Below the pieces are notes generated by a model that did not search any database, had not been told where the DNA came from, and worked only from the letters and a program-made list of their open reading frames with translations. From Oligoflexales bacterium (GTDB lineage: Bacteria; Bdellovibrionota_B; Oligoflexia; Oligoflexales; JAPPIL01), in the NCBI GenBank assembly GCA_965215515.1, contig OZ244057.1, positions 1,984,001 through 2,048,000 on the forward strand: 64,000 bases of DNA, read 5' to 3'. This document shows positions 50,779 to 60,823 of the stretch, piece after piece. The position numbers and the translations under genes were made by a program. Each line of letters begins with the position of its first letter. The stretch's first letter is position 1.

Positions 50779-52476
50779 ATGGGGGAATCGGCGATGAGAA
50801 AGGCTTGGTTGGGTGCTTATCCCGCGGGTGTGGGTGAGTGCATTGATGTCGGTGAAGGGTCTTCGCTGCTCGATCTGTTCGACAGGAACTTCAGCAAGTA
50901 TGCGCCGCTGCCTGCGTTCACTAACATGGGCAAGACGATCACTTATGAGGAGCTGGATCGCTGTTCGCGGCAGGTGGCGGTGTATTTAAGCACGCGGCTT
51001 AATCTCAGGAAAGGCGATCGGGTGGCGGTTATGATGCCTAATCTCTTGCAGTATCCTGTCTGTCTCTACGGGATTCTGCGAGCTGGCATGGTTGTTGTCA
51101 ATGTCAACCCTCTATACACGTCGCGTGAACTTGAGCACCAATTACGTGATTCTGGTGCGGCTGCCATTATTATTCTTGCCAACTTTGCCCACACACTGCA
51201 GCAAGCTCTGACTAAAGTCAGTATTAAACACGTTGTTGTCACTAAAATCGGCGACATGCTTCCTCCTTTGAAGGGTGCTCTGGTCAATTTCGTGGTCAAG
51301 AGTGTCAAGAAGATGGTTCCGCCCTATCAGCTGGGTGATCACTTGCATTTCAAGCAGTTGTTGGGTTGCAGTGCCGAGCACTACCGACGACCGCAAATCG
51401 GCGGCGATGATATCGCCTTCTTGCAGTACACGGGGGGCACGACGGGCGTATCGAAGGGGGCTGTGTTGCTGCATCGCAACATCGTTGCCAACATTATGCA
51501 GGCACGGGAGTGGATCAAAGCTTCGCTGGTTGAGGGGAAGGAGACGATCGTTACCCCGTTGCCTCTTTACCACATCTTCTCGCTTACCGCGAACTGTTTT
51601 ATCTTTGGCTCGATCGGTGGTTGCAACTACTTGATTACCAATCCTAAAGACATCCCCAACTTCATCAAGGAGGTAAGAGATCTCAAGTTTACCGCGATCA
51701 CGGGTGTGAACACGTTGTTCAACGCCCTGCTCAGTCATCCTGATTTTCATCAGGTTGACTTTTCGCGGCTCAAGCTCTCGCTCGGTGGGGGTATGGCGTT
51801 GCAACAGGCGGTGGCAGAGAAGTGGAAGAAGATGACGGGGTGCACGTTGGTTGAGGCATATGGCTTGACTGAAACTTCGCCCGCGGCGGTCATCAACCCT
51901 CTTGATCTCAAGGAATTCAATGGCTGTATCGGGTTGCCGATTTCCAACACCGATATTTCTATTCGTGACGATGAAGGAGCGGAACTTTCCGTGGGTGAAG
52001 AGGGCGAGTTGTGGATAAAAGGGCCTCAGGTCATGCAGGGTTACTGGCAACGTCCCGACGAGACCGAGCAAGTCATCGTCGATGGTTGGCTGAGGACGGG
52101 TGATGTCGCTAAAGTCCTCGACGATGGCTATGTCAAGATCGTCGACCGCAAGAAGGACATGATCCTTGTTTCTGGTTTCAATGTTTACCCTAATGAGATC
52201 GAGGACACTGTCGCTCGCCATCCAGGGGTATTGGAGGTTGCCGCGGTCGGTGTGCCCGACAAAAAATCGGGCGAGGCGGTTAAGTTGTTTGTCGTCAAGA
52301 AGCACAATTATCTCACTGCCCAAGAGATTATCGACTTCTGTCGCAAGAGTCTGACCGCTTACAAAGTTCCCAAGGTGGTTGAATTTCGCCAGGAGTTGCC
52401 CAAAACCAACGTGGGTAAGATTCTGCGTCGTGAATTGCGTTCTCCACCCGCACAGGAGGAAGCGCAGGCCTCCTGA
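50779..52476 (+). CDS. fadD: Long-chain fatty acid--CoA ligase
   Basis: YTGGTTGVSKG, YGLTETSP, DRKKDMILVSGFNVYPNEIE. Confidence 0.95.
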   Translation: MGESAMRKAWLGAYPAGVGECIDVGEGSSLLDLFDRNFSKYAPLPAFTNMGKTITYEELDRCSRQVAVYLSTRLNLRKGDRVAVMMPNLLQYPVCLYGILRAGMVVVNVNPLYTSRELEHQLRDSGAAAIIILANFAHTLQQALTKVSIKHVVVTKIGDMLPPLKGALVNFVVKSVKKMVPPYQLGDHLHFKQLLGCSAEHYRRPQIGGDDIAFLQYTGGTTGVSKGAVLLHRNIVANIMQAREWIKASLVEGKETIVTPLPLYHIFSLTANCFIFGSIGGCNYLITNPKDIPNFIKEVRDLKFTAITGVNTLFNALLSHPDFHQVDFSRLKLSLGGGMALQQAVAEKWKKMTGCTLVEAYGLTETSPAAVINPLDLKEFNGCIGLPISNTDISIRDDEGAELSVGEEGELWIKGPQVMQGYWQRPDETEQVIVDGWLRTGDVAKVLDDGYVKIVDRKKDMILVSGFNVYPNEIEDTVARHPGVLEVAAVGVPDKKSGEAVKLFVVKKHNYLTAQEIIDFCRKSLTAYKVPKVVEFRQELPKTNVGKILRRELRSPPAQEEAQAS

Positions 52477-52505
52477 GTATCGGACTTAGGTAACGATGTC
52501 GGTGT

Positions 52506-54002
52506 TCAGGCAGCGGGCATACTGGTATTGTGTTCTTTGTTGATACGTCCTTGCTGGCAGGCTTGTGCGAATATCTGCAAAATTTCTGGGTCGAACAGAT
52601 CGTGACTTTCGGTAACGAGGCGTTCGGCCGCGACCGTGGTATCGACAAACCCTGTGTAGCTACGTCCTGAGGTCATGGCATCGAAGGCATCGACGATGGC
52701 AATAATTCTGGCAAAGAGAGGTATGTTATCGCCGCGCAGGCCGTCGGGATAGCCAGTGCCGTCCCATTTTTCATGATGGTGTTTGATGCCTCCGACAAAT
52801 TTTTCGACATCGGGGATGTTACGCACGATAGCTGCACCGACGTTGGGATGGGTTTTCATGTCTTCGTACTCATCGAAACTCAAGCGAGTTGGTTTTTTGA
52901 TAATGGCATCGGGAATGGCAATTTTGCCGATGTCGTGGCACAGAGCACTGACGATAAGATTTTTTTTCTGTTCTGTACCGAGCTGCATTTCCTCGCCAAT
53001 AATTGTGGCATAGCGACAGACGCGTTCGGAGTGTCCGTAGGTGTAGGTATCCTTTGCCTCTACCGTGCCGACGATAGTCTCCAGCATTTTGACAAACACC
53101 TGATTAAGTTCGTCGCGCAGCAGCGATGATTCAAGAGCAGCGGCACAAAAATCGCTCAGGGTGTTCAATTCCAATAGTTTTTCCATCTGCTGACTTGACA
53201 ATCTACGACCGATGTCAATATCCATAATCATAAGCATATTGCCACAGCTCTTAATAGGAATGAGTGCTTTCTTGACAATCTCCAGATCACCGACAATCTT
53301 CAGAAGAAGACCTCGCCCTTCGTCTCGCGCAAGGTTATAAACGGTAGGAAATTCCGAGTTCTCTGTGTGGGTAAAATTTTCCAGGAAAAAACTGTTGTTT
53401 TTAAAAAACAAATAATTAATGCTTTTGATAACGGGCAAAATATGCATAGCTTTGCGCCGTAGCGTCTGTAAAGCCGTAGCGATGTTTTTCTGCTGTGCGA
53501 CTTCGGCATATTTCTGATACATACTGTGACTGATGATTTTGCGTGCCGAATGCGGTAACAACTCAACCTTGAATTGCGAGTGTTGTACCATCCCGAAATC
53601 AATACGGGTCTCGGCTTCACGGCGGTGCGGTGAAGGCGGTTTGGGTTTCGCACTCAGCACCTCTACGTTGCCGTGCAGTTTGCCATGGTCAAAGCTGAGT
53701 GCAATATGGGTATGTCCCGCGGTAATCTGTCCGTTAACCATGATCAACTTGCGAGGGGGAATACGTCTACCATCGACATACGTGCCATTTTTTGATCCCA
53801 GATCTTCTACCACAACACACTTGCTGCGATAGTCGATACGCAAATGATGTCGTGATATCTTGCTGTCACTCAACACCAAGTGACTGTCACCACCACGCCC
53901 GATAAGCAACGGCAAACGCGTCGTACGATATGTAGAACGACGACCGTCGGCATGCCGCACCGTTAGCATCAGTGCAGAAGTCGCAGAGAGCTGTGCTTTC
54001 AT
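52506..54002 (-). CDS. FHA domain plus HD-GYP phosphodiesterase
   Basis: IGR...SRHH...DLGSKNGT (FHA); HSERV, HDIGK, HHEKWDGTGYP (HD-GYP). Confidence 0.92.
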   Translation of the reverse strand: MKAQLSATSALMLTVRHADGRRSTYRTTRLPLLIGRGGDSHLVLSDSKISRHHLRIDYRSKCVVVEDLGSKNGTYVDGRRIPPRKLIMVNGQITAGHTHIALSFDHGKLHGNVEVLSAKPKPPSPHRREAETRIDFGMVQHSQFKVELLPHSARKIISHSMYQKYAEVAQQKNIATALQTLRRKAMHILPVIKSINYLFFKNNSFFLENFTHTENSEFPTVYNLARDEGRGLLLKIVGDLEIVKKALIPIKSCGNMLMIMDIDIGRRLSSQQMEKLLELNTLSDFCAAALESSLLRDELNQVFVKMLETIVGTVEAKDTYTYGHSERVCRYATIIGEEMQLGTEQKKNLIVSALCHDIGKIAIPDAIIKKPTRLSFDEYEDMKTHPNVGAAIVRNIPDVEKFVGGIKHHHEKWDGTGYPDGLRGDNIPLFARIIAIVDAFDAMTSGRSYTGFVDTTVAAERLVTESHDLFDPEILQIFAQACQQGRINKEHNTSMPAA

Positions 54003-54033
54003 AAGTCTTCATCTACAATGTTCCGTCTCCCCC

Positions 54034-54059
54034 ATCGGCAGATTTTTTGCGGAACTTGA
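54034..54059 (-). promoter_or_regulatory. Putative sigma28-type promoter of the FHA-HD-GYP gene
   Basis: Minus strand TCAAG-N15-GCCGAT about 30 nt upstream of the ATG. Confidence 0.5.
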
Positions 54060-54149
54060 AATAATTATTAATTTTTTCAAAAATATCAGTAAATTACGCT
54101 GCGTCTGGGTGTTTTTTGTCGTTTATGTGCGAGGTTGGCAGGAAACTGG

Positions 54150-55049
54150 CTACAGTTCACTCAAAGTTTTTTTGAGTATTTCGTCATCGTGTAGTGGTTC
54201 GTTATCGATGAATTTGCGGAGGAAATCGGCGGAGATGGCGAAGTTTATTTTTTGTGTGATATTACCGATTTGCAGCTTGAGTCCTCCCCAGCTGACACCG
54301 AGTAGTTTTCCTGTGGTAAAGTCGAGCAGTGCTGCGCCGCTTGACCCTCTGGTCATGTCGCAGCTGTGTGTCATGCCAAATGGCACCAATCGCCACAGGC
54401 CTTTTTTGGGTCTGCCTTGAACGACGCAGCCATCCGCGGAGACAGCTGTGATAGGGAAGTAGTGGGTAGTGCCAGGTAGTTGTTGGACACTACGGGCAGG
54501 GGCCGCAAGGTTATGGATAACATGGGGGTAGTGCAGCAAAAAAGCTTCACGCTGGGGGGGTATTGTTCCCCGCCAGAGAGCGAGGGGTTGTTGGGAGGGG
54601 GGGAGTTTACGTTGCAGTTTAAAGATAGCGAGGTCGGCACCAGCGTGTGCGCGCATTGAGCCGCGTGCGCATCTGCGTCCTAGCAAAGGTGTCTCGGGCT
54701 GGGAAAAATTGAAGTAGGCGCTGGTGTGCGCACATGCTGTAGCGGGCAGTCGCGCGCGTGCAGATGCGAAGCAGTGGCGGTTAGTGACGACACGTGGTTG
54801 TTGTTCGCCTTTAGCTGCGGGCAGCAGTGAGCCGAAGCAGTGCTTATATTCGTTTTTCGTCGCGATCACCAGTAGTACGGCAGCGTTGAGGCTGCGGCGC
54901 AAAACAGCGGCATCTACTTGTCCTGCCTCTTTTGCTACTGCAACGGGCACGATTTCGTTGATCCCGATGATGTTGCCATGTCGTGACAGTAGTTGCCGCG
55001 GAGCTTCACAGGATAGGAGCAGTAGCGTTATCAGCCATATTTTTGTCAT
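54150..55049 (-). CDS. Trypsin-like (S1) serine protease, lipoprotein
   Basis: MTKIWLITLLLLSC; TNRHC, ADLAIF, GSSG catalytic motifs. Confidence 0.85.
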   Translation of the reverse strand: MTKIWLITLLLLSCEAPRQLLSRHGNIIGINEIVPVAVAKEAGQVDAAVLRRSLNAAVLLVIATKNEYKHCFGSLLPAAKGEQQPRVVTNRHCFASARARLPATACAHTSAYFNFSQPETPLLGRRCARGSMRAHAGADLAIFKLQRKLPPSQQPLALWRGTIPPQREAFLLHYPHVIHNLAAPARSVQQLPGTTHYFPITAVSADGCVVQGRPKKGLWRLVPFGMTHSCDMTRGSSGAALLDFTTGKLLGVSWGGLKLQIGNITQKINFAISADFLRKFIDNEPLHDDEILKKTLSEL

Positions 55050-55355
55050 CGGCAAACACACCCCTCCTCCAACGCGGTCGGCAATAGTGGCTAAAACCAG
55101 TAGAGAAGCAACTATCTGCTTATTAATATTCATATTTTAGATTGGTTTTTTCAAAAAATGGGCGGGCGACGGAAGGAGATGTGGCGTTGCTGTTGTAGAA
55201 AGTGCGGAAGATTCCAGCTGCACACAAGGGTATTGTGATGATTCCGTTAACAGACCGCTATGAGTATACCGACGAGGCGTTCGTGAGGGGTGGGTGGACT
55301 TGCTCCCCAAGAGCTGTTCACTGGCAAGATTAAGCTTTGGAGTGATTGTTGAGGA

Positions 55356-57140
55356 GTGAAAATGCTTAGACCGTGGCTGTTCTCAACATTCGTGTGTTTT
55401 TTGATTACAGAGAAAGCCTATGCTTATTTCGATCCAGGTACAGGCAGTATACTGATTCAGTTGTTACTTGCATTAATCGGAGGTGTAATTGTTTTCTATC
55501 ATAGAATTGTATTTAAAATAAAAAATATTACCAAAATTATATTACCATCCTCTAAAATTAAGCACATAATATCTTCTCGGCATAGGCATTACTATTTGGC
55601 ATCCACAATCGGAGTTTTTGCGGCTCTTTTTTATGCGAGTCACAACGTCTCTTACCTAACTACTGTTAGCTTTCTTTTTAACATGTTTCTTTTTGTTTTA
55701 ACTAGTGTGTTGTTTAGTTTATTGTTTCATCTAGCACTAAGGAAGAGAAAAAATAGAGAGCAAATTTTACATGCCATGCTTTTCCTCCTATTATTTTTCT
55801 ATATGCAACCCCCTATATATCAATGGTTACAATTTTTATCTACTGTATTTTTATATCCATGGTTATTATTTTTAGTATTATATCTAGGATATAAACTATA
55901 CAACAACACCCATAAAATTATAGTCGTGATTGTAATTGCTTCTTTTCTCCCGACTTACAAGTTGGTCAAAGGAGTTTACATACGTATGCCACAAAAAACG
56001 GTAGCCACAACTGACAAGCGTATCATTTTTCAACACAAACCCAATGTATATTTCTTTCTTTTTGATTCCTACACTAACGCGCAAGGCATGAAGGTAATCG
56101 GACTTGCCCCTCCTCCACACGACACAAATGTAATATCACAGCGACTGCAGGAAAAAGGCTACACATTATACCCCGATTTTTTTACTAACTTTCAGAGCAC
56201 GAGATTTGCCCTTACTTCCTATATGAGTATGGATGTGATGGTTAGAGATAAGTCCATTTATCATATGACATACTAAAATATGAATGAAATTATAGCAGGG
56301 AAAGGGGAAATATATGGCATATTCACTAACAACGGCTACAGTAATTATTTGTTTGCGAGAGAAGCTGCATTTGTTAGTAATAAATGTTTTGTATCTGAAT
56401 GTATAAACGCAATTAGCTCAAATCAACACATGTTATCAGTGTTGTTTGATAATATTTTCTTCACTCTCACTGATAAACGCAACCGTGCTTCACACAATAT
56501 GCAGAGTAATTTTTACCGTTATCTGGACTATTTTGTAAAATCACCGAACAATTATTTTGCATTTCTACATTTTCATTCGCCAGGCCACGCAAAATCGTAT
56601 TCCCTAGCTAAGGGATTGTGTAATGAAGAAAGAGAAACAGAAAATTATAGGTCTAGATTGATTTACACAAACGAATTAATTTATGATTTAATCAATAAAA
56701 TAGATAACATAGACCCAAATGCCTTGGTTATAATTGCTTCCGACCATGGCCCTTACATCTTTAACGGCTGCTCCCGATCTGCTCCACTAGCAACGAGAGA
56801 AGAAGTAGTAGAGCGACAAGGTGCTTTCTTGGCTATTAAATGGGGTAAAGATTATGATGGCAGGTACGATAAAAACATTAAGAGTTCTGCAAATTTATTC
56901 CGCTATATCTTTTCCCATCTATCTAGAAATGAGAAGCTGTTAGAGAACAGGGCTGATGACGATGCCTACTATCTGCATGGCGACGATATAATTTTGAGCA
57001 TCGACGATGGAGTCATCCTGCCACCTGCCAGGTCTAATTCTCGCAGCCGAAATACAACTCCAACCGATAGAAAGCCCCTGGCTGGAGACAGAAACCATAC
57101 CTCTCTCCAACTTGGAGGATCTTCTCGCCTTCTTCCATGA
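55356..57140 (+). pseudogene. Membrane sulfatase/LTA-synthase-like (alkaline phosphatase superfamily) gene split by an in-frame TAA
   Basis: Multi-TM N-terminus and KPNVYFFLFDSY in the first ORF, IIASDHG in the second; same frame across TAA at 56274-56276; AT-rich. Confidence 0.8.
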
Positions 57141-57276
57141 CTCAGAAGACAGACACTGGCCATATACAACAACGAAAAAATTACTTGCCTTAGGGCACTC
57201 ATGTTGCTATGGCACGCCGCGGGTTAATTGGTTAGTTGTTTGCCGCACATGTGCGGTGTGTATAAGGAGGAGTGGT

Positions 57277-57843
57277 ATGTTGAGGCTACTGCAGGGGTTA
57301 CTGTTTCTCGCACTGCTATCGGGCACTGCGATGGCGGCACGTTCGCTGACCACCCGACAGACGCTGGCGAAAGCGACGGAAATCGTCGCCCAGCACCTGC
57401 TGGGAAGACAGGTTTTATCGGGCAAGCATGGTGCAATCATCACCGCCGTGAAACTACCTACCCCACTCGTGCATAGCTGGCGGGAGACGGTCAGGAACGG
57501 GCGGGTAGGTGCACCTGCCCACAAACTGCAACTTGAACTGTCGTTGCTCGACGGGCAGGGGCAGGATAGCGGTACACGTCAGCTGGTTGCTTTGGCGGAC
57601 GTAGAAGACACGATGAAAATTGAAATTCATCCCGCCATCGGCGAGGTGGTGGCCATCGACGATGCCCGCGAGCAGGTGGAGTGGCTCGTTGCCCGCACTC
57701 TGGAAGTTGACGACAGCGGTTGGCGCACCGTGCTGGTGGAAATGGAAGTGGTCAGCAACGGACGCACCCAGCGCAAAGAGGTGCGCGCGGGTACGCCGCA
57801 CCTTCGGCTCGTGCATGCCGACGAGCTGTTGTTTCGTGATTGA
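57277..57843 (+). CDS. Hypothetical secreted protein
   Basis: AAGGAGG SD, then signal peptide MLRLLQGLLFLALLSGTAMAA. Confidence 0.65.
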   Translation: MLRLLQGLLFLALLSGTAMAARSLTTRQTLAKATEIVAQHLLGRQVLSGKHGAIITAVKLPTPLVHSWRETVRNGRVGAPAHKLQLELSLLDGQGQDSGTRQLVALADVEDTMKIEIHPAIGEVVAIDDAREQVEWLVARTLEVDDSGWRTVLVEMEVVSNGRTQRKEVRAGTPHLRLVHADELLFRD

Positions 57844-57852
57844 CTGACACCC

Positions 57853-59442
57853 CTACTGCAACCCGATCGCGAAGTCTCCCCGTTCCTGTGCTGCCGCTTC
57901 TGCTTGCCAGTTATACGCGCTGCGCAGGTGTTCCGTACTCACCTGCTCTTGCAGTTCGATGTCGGCGATGGTGCGCGCTACCCGTATGGTTTTAATCAGG
58001 GCGCGCTTGCTGAGCTTTTGCAGATAGTTAGCGGTCAGTAACTGGCGAAATGCCGTCGCCGACAAGCCACTAACCGCCAGTAACTTGCGGGCAGGGATAG
58101 TGTTGTTGAAACGCAATCCCAGTGCTGTGTTTCTTTTTTTGCTGAACGCTAAACAGCGCAACACCCGCTCCTGCATCTTCGCGGTCTGATCATCGCAGCC
58201 GTGCTTGATAAGATCGAAGAGCAGTGTTGTGTCATGTTTGTTTTCGGGCACGTTAAGATGGATATCGATGCGATCTATAATCGGCCCCGACAAACGTCGG
58301 CGGTAGGCGATGACGCGGGTAAGCGGGCAAGTGCATTTCTTTTTACTGCTCCCCCAGAAGCCGCAGGGACAGTTGTTAGCCGCCGCGATGAGAATAAGCT
58401 TGGCACACCAGCGCACCTTGTTTTTGGCGCGGGAAATGTTGATCTCACCCGTTTCCAGTGGTTCACGTAGCGACTCGATGATGTCACGGCGAAATTCGGG
58501 GAACTCGTCCAGAAACAACACCCCGCCGTGGGCAAGGGCTATATCGCCAGGACGCTCGGCTGTCCCCAACACACCTTGCACACTGGCGGAATGATGCGGA
58601 GCACGAAAGGGCGGTTGCCCCGCCAACAACCTGTCATCGACATTGACGGTGTGCGCGCTGCTGATGCGCAAAGCCTGCAGATGTTCGGTGCTTTCCAACG
58701 GGGGCAAAATGCTCGGCAGACGCATGGCGAACATCGACTTGCCCGTCCCTGGCGGGCCGCTCATGATAAGGCTGTGCCGTCCCACCGCAAGACACAGGGC
58801 GGCACGGTAAAGGTCGGCATCGAGAATCATATCATTGAAGTTGCAAGCCACAGACGAAAATTTTGCGCGTGTTGCTGAAATGTTGAGCGACAGAGTTTTC
58901 CCCCCGCCATAAAGCCATTCCCGCACCTCGCACAGGTGCTCGAAGGCACATATGTCAAGATCAGCGAAACGAGCGTTGTTCAGTTCCCGCAATACCGCGA
59001 GGTCAGCGAGATTTTCCCGCGCAACCACCAAGCCCGTGAAGCCTTCGGCAACCGCGGCAATCGCATAGCCGATAACACCCCGCACTGGTTTTAACTCACC
59101 CGCCAAACTCAGCTCGGCAACGTAGACATAGCGGCTAGCCGCAATCTTTGCCTTGCTCTCGCTGTTGAGTAAGAGCAGGTTGATGGCGATGCCAAGATCG
59201 AACTGATCCCCGCTTTTTTTGACTTCCGCAGGCGTGATGCTCATAATCAGTTTTTTGGGCGGCACATGTACCCCCAAACCTTCCAGTGCCGTGCGTGCCC
59301 GCTCCTTGCTGTCTCGTAGCGACTCGGAAATATTACCGATCATCTGCAAACCCGAAAACCCCCTGACATACTGCGATTCGATCGTCACCACCAACCCGTT
59401 CATCCCATCGCAGACCGCACTGTGGGTGATGTTCTTCTCCAT
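57853..59442 (-). CDS. comM: YifB/ComM Mg-chelatase-like AAA ATPase
   Basis: GPPGTGKSM, PFRAPHHSAS, LAHGGVLFLDEFPEF, NCPCG, SGPIIDRID. Confidence 0.93.
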   Translation of the reverse strand: MEKNITHSAVCDGMNGLVVTIESQYVRGFSGLQMIGNISESLRDSKERARTALEGLGVHVPPKKLIMSITPAEVKKSGDQFDLGIAINLLLLNSESKAKIAASRYVYVAELSLAGELKPVRGVIGYAIAAVAEGFTGLVVARENLADLAVLRELNNARFADLDICAFEHLCEVREWLYGGGKTLSLNISATRAKFSSVACNFNDMILDADLYRAALCLAVGRHSLIMSGPPGTGKSMFAMRLPSILPPLESTEHLQALRISSAHTVNVDDRLLAGQPPFRAPHHSASVQGVLGTAERPGDIALAHGGVLFLDEFPEFRRDIIESLREPLETGEINISRAKNKVRWCAKLILIAAANNCPCGFWGSSKKKCTCPLTRVIAYRRRLSGPIIDRIDIHLNVPENKHDTTLLFDLIKHGCDDQTAKMQERVLRCLAFSKKRNTALGLRFNNTIPARKLLAVSGLSATAFRQLLTANYLQKLSKRALIKTIRVARTIADIELQEQVSTEHLRSAYNWQAEAAAQERGDFAIGLQ

Positions 59443-59688
59443 CTCAACCTCCACATTGACAAAACTACCCACGGGACATTCTGCCGTGAAAAACAAGGGT
59501 CTGGCCACTGAGTTTTGCTCTAACACGTGCCTATTAAAGGGTATTTTTTGCGGGGCCTCTACCATCATGCAAATGCCCCCTGACAAGAGGTATGCGAACA
59601 AGAGGAAGGCTGGTCACACTTAAGCCCTCTAACAAAATGAAGACAGTTGTGATAAGATACGCGGAGGGAAGGGTGTGGTGTAGGCAGC

Positions 59689-60819
59689 TTGAGCTTGCAC
59701 GGAAAGGTGTTCTTGCCTAAAGCAACCGTCATCGTCATCTATGGGGGACGCTCGCCTGAACATGAAGTGTCATGCCGCAGTGCGCAGTTTATTGCCGCCG
59801 AGCTACAGGCGGCGGGCTACCCGCTTCGTATCATCGGCATCTCTACCGCGGACACCTGGCACTTGCAGGATAACGAGGTTTTCGCACAGCAGGCAACAGT
59901 GCATGAGGGCGAGACGATCACCTGCGGATTCTATCCCCAGACACAGAATTTTTTCGCCGCCATCGATGTCGATTACCCACACGCAGAAGTCATCGTGTGG
60001 CCAGTGATGCATGGACACAACGGTGAGGACGGCACGTTACAAGGTATGCTGACTCTGAGCGGCGTGCCCTACGTGGGTGCGGATGTCACAGCTTCAGCAC
60101 TCAGCTTCGACAAGATCATGACCAAAACACTAGTGCAAGCAGCAGGTATTGCCGTGGTGGAAAACATGGTGCTTACGGCAACGGAGTGGCAGAGCGCACA
60201 AGCAGGCTGCTTGGCACGGATCAAGACAGAGCTGATTTTGCCGCTGTTTGTCAAGCCTTCACGGTCGGGCAGTTCAGTCGGAATCAGCCGTGTCACCGCC
60301 CCACAAGAACTGCAACCAGCTATCACGCAAGCTTTGCGAGGTGACGGGCGAGTGCTGCTGGAACGAGCAGTGGATGCGGTCGAAATCGAGTGCGCAGTAG
60401 TCGGTGACCTCATCCCCGAATCAGCCGAGTGTCTCGCCGAGGTCAACACCACCTCTGGTTTTTACGATTACCACGCCAAGTATATCGATTTCCGCGAGGT
60501 CGATGTCGCTATCCCCGCTCGCCTCAATGCCCCACGGGTAGAGGAAGTGAGAGGTCTGGCACATCGTATTTTTAAACTGCTGTGTATCAACGGACTCGCC
60601 CGCATCGATTTTTTACACGACAAACAACGCAACCGTATCTACTTCAACGAGGTCAACACCCTACCTGGGTTCACTCGTCTATCACGCTTTCCCCTGATGT
60701 GGCAGAGGTCAGGAGTGAACATGCCCCAACTGCTGAGCAAAATATTGCACACCGCACAGCGGCGTCAGCGTAGGATCACCGCGTGGGAACAGCATTTGTT
60801 GCAACAAAAAAGAGGATAA
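59689..60819 (+). CDS. ddl: D-alanine--D-alanine ligase
   Basis: GGRSPEHEVS, HGHNGEDG, GSSVG, YDYHAKY, NEVNTLPG. Confidence 0.96.
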   Translation: MSLHGKVFLPKATVIVIYGGRSPEHEVSCRSAQFIAAELQAAGYPLRIIGISTADTWHLQDNEVFAQQATVHEGETITCGFYPQTQNFFAAIDVDYPHAEVIVWPVMHGHNGEDGTLQGMLTLSGVPYVGADVTASALSFDKIMTKTLVQAAGIAVVENMVLTATEWQSAQAGCLARIKTELILPLFVKPSRSGSSVGISRVTAPQELQPAITQALRGDGRVLLERAVDAVEIECAVVGDLIPESAECLAEVNTTSGFYDYHAKYIDFREVDVAIPARLNAPRVEEVRGLAHRIFKLLCINGLARIDFLHDKQRNRIYFNEVNTLPGFTRLSRFPLMWQRSGVNMPQLLSKILHTAQRRQRRITAWEQHLLQQKRG

Positions 60820-60823
60820 TCAT

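Noticed and set aside
51142..52323. 393-aa antisense ORF over fadD, and similar shadow ORFs over nusG, rpoB/C and the clp genes
   Set aside because: They lie fully opposite well-conserved genes, have no recognisable motifs, and are typical GC-rich shadow frames.
56274..56276. Stop-codon reassignment
   Set aside because: TAA terminates many conserved genes in the window (rplA, rpoB, rpoC, cysS), so the standard code applies.
59689..60819. VanA-type D-Ala-D-Lac ligase
   Set aside because: The omega loop reads YDYHAKY as in ordinary D-Ala-D-Ala ligases, and no van genes are nearby.
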